A stretch of 50,194 nt of DNA, from contig WFQQ01000011.1 of assembly GCA_015486965.1 (NCBI GenBank), positions 1 through 50,194 of the forward strand. Reading direction: 5' to 3'. The DNA is from Desulfurellaceae bacterium (GTDB taxonomy: Bacteria > Campylobacterota_A > Desulfurellia > Desulfurellales > Hippeaceae). The position numbers and the translations under genes are program-made. Of the stretch, positions 42,914 to 50,194 are shown piece after piece; position 1 is the first letter of the stretch, and each line of letters opens with the position of its first letter. The notes under the pieces were generated by a model that saw nothing but the letters and a program-made list of their open reading frames with translations, was not told the origin of the DNA and did not search any database.

Positions 42914-44191
42914 ATGAAGAAGTTTAATCGAAGGTCGTTTGTAAAGGCTGGACTTGCGGGGTCTGCTGCCGTTCTGTTTGGCGGTTTAACTGGTAAAAAA
43001 TCGGAGGCAAAAACTCTTAAAAACCCTATAAAAATAGCGCATCAGGCTGTTTTATCGGGCAATTTTGCTACCTACGGTAAGTTTCACGAGATGGGTGCTA
43101 GGCTTGCCGTTGAAGAGATTAACGCAAACGGTGGAATTCTCGGTAGCAAAATTGAATACACTATGAAGGACGCAACACTTAAGCCCGCTGTAGCTGTTAG
43201 AAATGCGAGGTATTTTGTTGAGGAGTGGGGAGCAGATATGATTATGGGTATTGACTCAAGCGGTCAAGCGTTAGCCGTAGGAAAAATAATGCCCCAACTC
43301 AACAAGCCACTAATCGTTACCCACGCTGCCACTTCACAGTTGAATGAGAATCTTGTATTCAAGGAGGGAATAAAGCAAATCTTCAGGGTTTCTGTTCCAA
43401 CCTATCAGGACGGTATCTCTGCGGCGTTTGTTGCATCCAAGCTTCCTATAAAGAGATGGGCTACCATATCACCAAGCTACACCTTTGGAAGGGTTTCATG
43501 GAAAGCGTTTAAGGAGACTCTCAAAAAACTGAGACCGGATGTTGAGTTTGTTAGCGAATCGTGGGCTCACTTTGGTACTGTTGATTTCTCGTCTCATATT
43601 AGTAAGGTTATGTCGAGTAATGCGGAAGGTTTCTTTACAACAGAGTGGGCGGGCGAATTAATCAGCTTAATCAATCAAGGACAGAAGTTCGGATTGTTTA
43701 AGAAATTTAAAGAGGTATTGCTCTCCCTCGGTGGCGCCATGGATGTTGTTGAGGCTCTGGGCAAGAACTATCCAGAGGGGGTATGGATTTCATGCAGGTA
43801 TTGGTATGAGTACCCTCCCACAAATGTAAATGGTTCATTTGTTGAAAGGTTTTATAAGCGATGGAAAAGGTATCCGCACTATGTATCTGAAACATCCTAT
43901 TCAGCAATCTATGCCTATAAGGCTGCTGTTGAAAAGGCAAAAAGCGTTAAGACTGAAGATGTAATCAAAGCTTTAGAGGGACTGACATTTGTCACACCTG
44001 CAGGAAGGAGATGGATCAGGAAAGAAGACCATCAAGCTGTTTATGAGGTTCCATGGGGAAGGGTTGCCCATACAGACAAACCACCGTATGTTACGCTTAA
44101 AAATAGCATAATGGTATGGCCTGCCGAGGTTTACTATCCACATCCGCCATTTAAAGAGAACGACTATCCACCATATTACAATAATAAATAA
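42914..44191 (+). CDS. Liv/HAAT-family ABC substrate-binding protein with Tat signal
   Basis: NRRSFVK twin-arginine signal ending SEA; LAVEEINANGGILG, DFSSHISK, TEDVIKALEG. Confidence 0.88.
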   Translation: MKKFNRRSFVKAGLAGSAAVLFGGLTGKKSEAKTLKNPIKIAHQAVLSGNFATYGKFHEMGARLAVEEINANGGILGSKIEYTMKDATLKPAVAVRNARYFVEEWGADMIMGIDSSGQALAVGKIMPQLNKPLIVTHAATSQLNENLVFKEGIKQIFRVSVPTYQDGISAAFVASKLPIKRWATISPSYTFGRVSWKAFKETLKKLRPDVEFVSESWAHFGTVDFSSHISKVMSSNAEGFFTTEWAGELISLINQGQKFGLFKKFKEVLLSLGGAMDVVEALGKNYPEGVWISCRYWYEYPPTNVNGSFVERFYKRWKRYPHYVSETSYSAIYAYKAAVEKAKSVKTEDVIKALEGLTFVTPAGRRWIRKEDHQAVYEVPWGRVAHTDKPPYVTLKNSIMVWPAEVYYPHPPFKENDYPPYYNNK

Positions 44192-44202
44192 AGTCATCAG
44201 CT

Positions 44203-45066
44203 ATGATCGAGACACTTATATTTCAAGGTTTAACTGGTTTGAGCCAGGGGATGTTCCTTTGGCTCATATCCAGTGGATTGACCCTGGTTTTTGGAATTCT
44301 GGGAGTGTTAAACTTTGCCCAGGGCTCATTTTATATGTTAGGAGCCTTTGTGGGCTATTCTGTTTTAAAATTCACTGGAAATTTTTGGCTTGCTACACTC
44401 TTTGCTCCCGTTATTGTTGGTATTTTTGCGTTTTTCTTGGAGAGATTTTTACTCAAACCTGCATACAAATTGGATGAGTCCTATCAACTTCTTCTAACAT
44501 TTGGATTTGCACTTGTTCTTGAAAATTTAGCAAAACTTATCTGGGGTTCTGGCTATATTGCCTCACCAAGGGTTCCAGGGTTAAATGGATTTGTTATGCT
44601 TTTTAATAGGCCATTCCCGACATATTATATTTTTATTATTGCTATGGGATTTTTGACTGTAGCTGTGCTGTGGTACTTTTTAAAATTTACATGGCCGGGA
44701 AGGATTTTAAGGGCTGCAAGCACCAATCAAGAGATGGCTGCCGCCTTAGGTGTAAATGTCTCCATGCTTTACTCATTGGTTTTTGGACTTGGTGCCATAT
44801 TGAGTGCTCTTGGAGGTATTCTGGCAACACCTATAACTGTGACATCGAGTGGAGTTGGTGATACCATAATTATAAAGGCATTTCTCGTGATTGTGATAGG
44901 TGGTCTTGGAAGTTTAAAGGGCGCTTTTGTTGCATCTTTAATCGTTGGTCTCATTGAATCCTATGGAGTTATCTTCATGCCATTTTTTGAGATGGCTATG
45001 ATTTATATAATTGTTATCTTTATCCTGCTTTTCAAACCCTCGGGACTGTTTCCTGAGAATGTGTGA
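44203..45066 (+). CDS. Liv-type ABC permease (LivH-like)
   Basis: GLTLVFG...LNFAQG, LLLTFG, GRILRA, VIGGLGS, KPSGL. Confidence 0.9.
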   Translation: MIETLIFQGLTGLSQGMFLWLISSGLTLVFGILGVLNFAQGSFYMLGAFVGYSVLKFTGNFWLATLFAPVIVGIFAFFLERFLLKPAYKLDESYQLLLTFGFALVLENLAKLIWGSGYIASPRVPGLNGFVMLFNRPFPTYYIFIIAMGFLTVAVLWYFLKFTWPGRILRAASTNQEMAAALGVNVSMLYSLVFGLGAILSALGGILATPITVTSSGVGDTIIIKAFLVIVIGGLGSLKGAFVASLIVGLIESYGVIFMPFFEMAMIYIIVIFILLFKPSGLFPENV

Positions 45067-45072
45067 GCTAAC

Positions 45073-46038
45073 ATGAAGGCTGTATTTGATCCATTTGAAA
45101 GCTTTGAGAAATTTTTAGTAATAGTAATTATACTGGGTTACTTTGTAGCAGGTTTTTTTGCACACAAATTCCTCTCATTCATTTTGATTAAAGCCATGGT
45201 TCTTTCCATCTTTGCCATGGGGTATAGCATTCTTTTTGCGAGGACTGGATATTTATCCTTTGGCCATGCTGCATTTTTTGCCGTCTCTGCCTACAGTGCT
45301 GGACTATTTGTTTTGCATATAAAAAACTCTATGCTGCTTGCGCTGGTTGTAGCCCTTCTTTTTACACTGGTTGTTTCTGCAATCATTGGCTTTTTGTCTT
45401 TGCTGAGAAGTAAAATATACTTCGCCATGCTAACACTGGCATTTGGTATGGGGATATACACAATTATCTGGGAGTGGGAATCTCTAACGGGGGGAGATGA
45501 TGGTTTAATAGGTATTAATCGCTCCTCTCTTTTTGGTAGCATCTCGCTTGTTCCCATTAACCACTACTATTTCTTTGCCTTGGTTCTTTTAATTCTCACA
45601 GCTATCTCTATCTATTTTATCGTTTATTCTCCACTTGGTTTGATTTTAAATGGCATAAAAGAGAACGAAACAAGGATGAGATATGCAGGTTTTTCTCCTA
45701 AAATTTACTCGTTTCTGGCTTTTGTTATAAGTGGGTTATTTGCTGGTGTTGCAGGTTATATAGATGTATTTTTGGAAAATAGTGCCTCCCCTGTTATGGC
45801 ACACTGGAGTGAATCGGCACTGCCTATTTTTGCTGTGTTGCTTGGTGGCATAGAGAGCTTTTCAGGGCCTATGGTTGGTGCACTTCTTCTAACTCTGCTT
45901 ATTACATTTTTGCAGACCGTTTCGTCTGAATGGAAACTCTGGTATGGGTTGATATTTATCGTTGTTATACTTGGTTTGCGTGGGGGTATTGTTGGTTTTG
46001 TGAAATCTAAGTTGAAGGGAAGAGGCGGTGAACAGTAA
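45073..46038 (+). CDS. Liv-type ABC permease (LivM-like)
   Basis: GYLSFGHAAF, YFAMLTLAF, TGGDDG, KENE, LGG...GP.VG. Confidence 0.9.
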   Translation: MKAVFDPFESFEKFLVIVIILGYFVAGFFAHKFLSFILIKAMVLSIFAMGYSILFARTGYLSFGHAAFFAVSAYSAGLFVLHIKNSMLLALVVALLFTLVVSAIIGFLSLLRSKIYFAMLTLAFGMGIYTIIWEWESLTGGDDGLIGINRSSLFGSISLVPINHYYFFALVLLILTAISIYFIVYSPLGLILNGIKENETRMRYAGFSPKIYSFLAFVISGLFAGVAGYIDVFLENSASPVMAHWSESALPIFAVLLGGIESFSGPMVGALLLTLLITFLQTVSSEWKLWYGLIFIVVILGLRGGIVGFVKSKLKGRGGEQ

Positions 46039-46792
46039 AGAGCCTATTTTAAAGGTCGATAAGCTTTTTAAATCTTTTGGAGATTTGAAAGCTGTGAACG
46101 GAGTAAACTTAGAGATTTATGAGGGTGGGATTGTCTCCATAATAGGGCCTAACGGGGCTGGAAAGTCCACACTTGTAAATATCTTAACGGGTTTTTTGTT
46201 TCCTGATTCTGGTCATATCTACTTTTACGGTGAAAGAATAGAGAGAAAGTCCATACAGTATAGGGTTAGAAAAGGCCTGAACCGCTCGTTTCAGATAAAC
46301 AGCCTGTTCAACGGTATGACGGTTAAAGAGAATATTCTTCTTGGTCTGTTGTATTGGGAGTTGCCCTTGGGGAGACTGTTGACAAATAGACTACCCAAGG
46401 CTCTTGAGGAGAAGGTTTTAGAGATTATTGAGAGCGTAAATATGACAGACAAGATGAATATAGAGGTGGACAAGCTATCTCATGGAGAGCAGAGGCTTAT
46501 AGAGATTACTCTATCTATAGTCAAGCCACCAAAACTTCTGTTTTTGGATGAGCCAACATCGGGTTTGAGCCCCGATGAGAGAAACATGATAATGGATAAA
46601 ATCAGATCTATTGCGGAAACAGGCACCACGGTTGTATTAATAGAACACAATATGGATGTTGTATTTTCGCTTGCAAAAAGGATAGTTGTTTTAAACAGGG
46701 GTAGTGTAATAGCAGATGGAGAGCCCTCCTCAATTAGAGGGAATGAGGAGGTTAAAAAGATTTATCTTGGTGAGGATTTAACCGTTGCTTGA
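46028..46792 (+). CDS. Liv-type ABC ATPase (LivG-like)
   Basis: GPNGAGKST, RSFQ, LSHGEQ, LDEPTSG, IEHNM. Confidence 0.92.
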   Translation: MNSKEPILKVDKLFKSFGDLKAVNGVNLEIYEGGIVSIIGPNGAGKSTLVNILTGFLFPDSGHIYFYGERIERKSIQYRVRKGLNRSFQINSLFNGMTVKENILLGLLYWELPLGRLLTNRLPKALEEKVLEIIESVNMTDKMNIEVDKLSHGEQRLIEITLSIVKPPKLLFLDEPTSGLSPDERNMIMDKIRSIAETGTTVVLIEHNMDVVFSLAKRIVVLNRGSVIADGEPSSIRGNEEVKKIYLGEDLTVA

Positions 46793-47483
46793 AATTAAAA
46801 AATTAAATGCATATTACGGTAAATCCCATATCCTGTGGGATGTAGATTTGAAAGCCGAACAGAACATGATAACTGCCCTTGTTGGCAGGAATGGCATGGG
46901 AAAAACAACAACCCTTAAATGTATAATGGGCTTGATTTCAAACAAGACTGGTGAGATAGTGTTTAAAGGTGAGCCTATAGAGAAAAGACCGCCTTACGAG
47001 ATTGCTAAGCTCGGAGTTGGTTATGTACCTGATGATTTAGGTATATTCCCTACCCTTACAGTGGAAGAGAATATCCTGATTGCCTCTTATCTTTCCAAAC
47101 GAGAGGGGGTGTGGGATTTAGAGAGCGTTTATATGCTTTTTCCAAAACTGAAGCAGTTAAGAAACTCCAGAGGGGGTCATCTGTCGGGTGGTGAGAAGAA
47201 GATGCTCTCCATAGGAAGGGCTTTAGCTGCAAACCCCGATTTGATTTTGATAGATGAACCAACAGAGGGACTTGCCCCTTTAATAGTTCAAACCCTTGCA
47301 GAGTCTTTGAAAAGAATCAAGGAGGGTGGAATAACAATACTTTTAACAGACCAGAACATAAATTTCGTAAAAAGTGTGTCTGACTTTGTTTATATAATTG
47401 AGGAGGGCAGGATTAAGCATAGAGGAACTGTGGAAGAGATAAAGCAGAGCCCAGAGATTATACTAAAATACTTAACTGTTTAA
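46785..47483 (+). CDS. Liv-type ABC ATPase (LivF-like)
   Basis: GRNGMGKTT, LSGGEKKML, DEPTEGLAP. Confidence 0.92.
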   Translation: MLEIKKLNAYYGKSHILWDVDLKAEQNMITALVGRNGMGKTTTLKCIMGLISNKTGEIVFKGEPIEKRPPYEIAKLGVGYVPDDLGIFPTLTVEENILIASYLSKREGVWDLESVYMLFPKLKQLRNSRGGHLSGGEKKMLSIGRALAANPDLILIDEPTEGLAPLIVQTLAESLKRIKEGGITILLTDQNINFVKSVSDFVYIIEEGRIKHRGTVEEIKQSPEIILKYLTV

Positions 47484-47501
47484 AGAGATAAGGAGGTCAT
47501 C

Positions 47502-49274
47502 ATGCTTTCATTTTTTAAAAGATACCTGTGTATTGATTTGAGCAATCGTACATACAGGGTAGTTCCGATAGATGAGGAAATCTTAAAGAAATATGGCGGC
47601 GGTAAGGGCATTGGGACATATCTGTTGTACACCCTGAATCCTCCCGGTGTTGATCCGTTTCATGAAGATAATCACCTGATAATAAATGTGGGTCCTGCAG
47701 GCAGTGCCAAGGTATGGGGGGCTTCAAGGTATGGCATCTACACAAAAAGCCCTCTTACAAACTGCTATCTCGATTCCACCTCTGGTGGCCATGTTGCTAA
47801 ATACATAGATAAAACAGGATACGATGCCATTGTTGTCAGGGGGAAATCTGAAAAACCGGTTTTTCTTGAGATAAATGATAGAGAGGTATTATTCCACGAT
47901 GCGGGAGAGCTTTGGGGAAAGGATACCCACTACACAGAGGATGCTATTAAAGGGGTTTCAAAGAGAAAGGAGTGTGGTGCATGTGTTATTGGTCCTGCCG
48001 CTGAGAATTTAGTGAGATTTGCCCTACTAAAGAACGATTACTGGCGGAGCATAGGAAGGGGTGGTGTCGGAGCTGTTTTTGGAAGTAAAAGGTTAAAGGG
48101 AATAGTTTTTTACGGAGATGCGGAAAGGCCAATAGGAGACAGTGAAAAGATAGAGTATCTTTATAAGAAGTACCTGAAGGAGAGCAAATACAGTGCAGAA
48201 GTCCAGAAGTACAGGAAATGGGGCACACCAGCGGGTGTTCCTGTTTTAAATAAGGTCGGTGCTTTTCCTACAGAGTATTGGCACAAAGGTGTCCTTGAAG
48301 GGTGGGAAAACATAACGGAAGTTAAGATGCAGGAGATTTTAGATGTAAAGCCCAAGGCTTGTGATAGGTGTTATATAGCGTGTGGTAAATTGAGTAAGAC
48401 AAAAGAGGGTAGCAAGTACCCCAATTTGGTGGTGGAGGGTCCAGAGTATGAAACATTCTATGCCTTTGGCGGGCTGTGTAAGATAGCCGATGTTGAGGAT
48501 ATACTCTATTTAAATGACCTGTGCGATAGGCTTGGAATGGATACCATGACTTCGGGAAACATTGTGGCTTTTGCTTTTGAGGCTTCCAGGCTTAACAAAT
48601 TAGATGAGAAGTTTGAATATGGTAATGTGGAGCATGCTGCCGAAATTTTGAGAAGGATAGCTTACAGGGATGGAATTGGAGATATACTGGCAAATGGTAT
48701 TGTTTATGCTTCAAAACACTTTGGATTGGAGGATATAGCTATCCATGTTAAAGGGCTTGAGCCTGCAGGATATGACCCGAGGGCACTTCCGGGAACGGCT
48801 CTGGGTTATGCTACATCGCCGAGAGGAGCGTGCCATCTGAGGAGTGGTTTTTATAAGGCTGAGCTTTCTGGTGTTAGCGATCCAAATAGAACTGAGGGTA
48901 AAGCTAAAGAGGTTGTTGATTGGGAGAACTGGTTTTGCGCTTACGATACACTAATTATCTGTAGGTTTTACAGGTATGCCTATTTCTGGGATGAGCTTAC
49001 AGAGATATTCCAGGCACTTTACGGGGATTATGGGATTACAAAAGAACAGCTTGAGGAGATGTCGAACAGGATTATATCCCTTGCAAAGCAGTTTAATATA
49101 AGGGAGAATCCCGATAGAATAGAAGAACTTGAGAGGCTGCCCGAGAGGTTTTTCAAAGAGCCTTTGGAGAGCGGCAAGGTAATGGATAAAAATGTTTTCA
49201 ATAGAATGTTAAAAGAGTATTACGAGCTCAGGGGATGGGATGAGCGTGGCGTTCCTAAAGGTGTGGATTTGTAA
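47502..49274 (+). CDS. aor: aldehyde ferredoxin oxidoreductase family (W-pterin) enzyme
   Basis: KSPLT, GRGGVGAVFGSKRLK, CDRCYIAC Fe-S motif, GPEYET, DRLGMD, HVKGLE..YDPR, GACH, YYELRGWD. Confidence 0.9.
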   Translation: MLSFFKRYLCIDLSNRTYRVVPIDEEILKKYGGGKGIGTYLLYTLNPPGVDPFHEDNHLIINVGPAGSAKVWGASRYGIYTKSPLTNCYLDSTSGGHVAKYIDKTGYDAIVVRGKSEKPVFLEINDREVLFHDAGELWGKDTHYTEDAIKGVSKRKECGACVIGPAAENLVRFALLKNDYWRSIGRGGVGAVFGSKRLKGIVFYGDAERPIGDSEKIEYLYKKYLKESKYSAEVQKYRKWGTPAGVPVLNKVGAFPTEYWHKGVLEGWENITEVKMQEILDVKPKACDRCYIACGKLSKTKEGSKYPNLVVEGPEYETFYAFGGLCKIADVEDILYLNDLCDRLGMDTMTSGNIVAFAFEASRLNKLDEKFEYGNVEHAAEILRRIAYRDGIGDILANGIVYASKHFGLEDIAIHVKGLEPAGYDPRALPGTALGYATSPRGACHLRSGFYKAELSGVSDPNRTEGKAKEVVDWENWFCAYDTLIICRFYRYAYFWDELTEIFQALYGDYGITKEQLEEMSNRIISLAKQFNIRENPDRIEELERLPERFFKEPLESGKVMDKNVFNRMLKEYYELRGWDERGVPKGVDL

Positions 49275-49279
49275 TTTTA

Positions 49280-49510
49280 ATGCTTATAATAAGATGTTCT
49301 AAGTGTAAAAGAAAGTTGCTTAAATACAAAAAGATAGGAAAAGGAAAGGTTCTAAGGTGCTGGAAGGATAGGATTGTCGAAGATTACACGATTAAAGAAG
49401 AAAACTTTATAAAGTGTCCCTGTGGTAATCGAATTGGCATAGATAGAGGCGCTTTCATTAAGATGATTCAGCCTGCCTTTAACTATTCGGGCACAGTTAG
49501 CTCAAAATAG
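49280..49510 (+). CDS. small basic Cys-rich protein (CxxC...C...CxC)
   Basis: 76 aa, CSKC, RCW, CPCG; 5 nt after the aor stop. Confidence 0.7.
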   Translation: MLIIRCSKCKRKLLKYKKIGKGKVLRCWKDRIVEDYTIKEENFIKCPCGNRIGIDRGAFIKMIQPAFNYSGTVSSK

Positions 49511-49522
49511 AATCTACTGATA

Positions 49523-50194
49523 CTAATTTGGTATTTTGTAGATATCTCTCATAATATCAAGGCCACAGGAGAGTCCTTCTACCCACTCGATGAATTGTTT
49601 TGATAGTTCAGGAGTGTTGAATATCGCTCCATGCTGCGGGACAATCATGTTAATATCGAGCTTTTTAACCATGCCTGCCCACGCTTTTAAAGCTTCACCA
49701 GAAGGTATATATCGTTTATGGAACGCTTCCATATATTGGATGTGGCTGTTGAAATCCTTTACTATATCGTAGTTAGCTCCAAGAGAAGCTCCCAGGTCTC
49801 CGCTGTACAAAATCTTAGATACAGGGTCGTACACCTGAAAGTTGCCGACGGAGTGCAAAAAGTGTGCTGGTATAATTTTTAGGTCAACTCCACCAAGGTT
49901 TAGAGTCATGCCATTATCAGGGATGCCGTGGATTCTTGAAATTGCATACTTGTCAACCCCAAAGTGTGGAACAAACCTAATCCAAAGCTCCGATATATAA
50001 GCTTCTGCATCCGAAACCATAAGCCATGCGTTGGCTGATGCAATGATGTCAGGGTCTTGGTGAGAAAAAAAGATGTATTTAAGTCCTTTTTTTCTTACAA
50101 CACTCGAAACCCCTGAGAACAGCTTTGGATAGATTTTGTGGCCACCGGGATCGAGTATCATAGCCTCGTTTCCATGCACAATTAGATGCTGGTT
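49523..50194 (-). CDS. metallo-beta-lactamase-fold di-iron protein, ODP/FprA-N-like (5' partial)
   Basis: DPGG, SHQDPD, HFLHS.GNF, SKILYSGD, PQHG; frame is open to the window edge (NQHLIVHG...); no C-terminal flavodoxin. Confidence 0.8.
   Translation of the reverse strand, partial: NQHLIVHGNEAMILDPGGHKIYPKLFSGVSSVVRKKGLKYIFFSHQDPDIIASANAWLMVSDAEAYISELWIRFVPHFGVDKYAISRIHGIPDNGMTLNLGGVDLKIIPAHFLHSVGNFQVYDPVSKILYSGDLGASLGANYDIVKDFNSHIQYMEAFHKRYIPSGEALKAWAGMVKKLDINMIVPQHGAIFNTPELSKQFIEWVEGLSCGLDIMRDIYKIPN

Overview
AT-rich, gene-dense core-chromosome window from a flagellated Gram-negative bacterium, probably an anaerobe. The Campylobacter-type FlgF insertion, the HTH-less FlgR-like activator, the TTGGAA-type sigma54 promoter and the ilvBNC-psd-pssA-leuA order suggest Campylobacterota, possibly Desulfurellales/Hippea-like (inference). 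Contents in order: sigma54-driven flgF-flgG-flgA-ubiX-ubiB; PadR plus HD-GYP; a ~14 kb minus-strand run ilvB-ilvN-ilvC-psd-pssA-leuA-[56-aa Cys4 ORF missing from the ORF track]-DacZ-type diadenylate cyclase-folD-rimP-nusA-infB-DUF503-rbfA-DHH/DHHA1-truB; slyD-like PPIase; dsbC-like-AsmA-like-metH (no reactivation domain)-flgR-like; a PAS/GAF/degenerate-GGDEF/EAL protein; a ~10 kb plus-strand run (CpoB-like, TsaP-like LysM, cysS, extra sigma70, J-domain-TPR, DUF2062, rhomboid, lpxH, ligA, FlgV-like, fliA, DUF2148); rpmB; a Tat-signal Liv-type ABC importer with an AOR-family oxidoreductase and a small Cys protein; and a partial ODP-like di-iron protein. I saw no rRNA, tRNA, CRISPR array or mobile element. 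The best leads are the small Cys4 protein plus DacZ (possible c-di-AMP module with the DHH/DHHA1 enzyme) and the ABC-AOR-Cys-protein unit. All calls come from reading motifs; no database searches were run.
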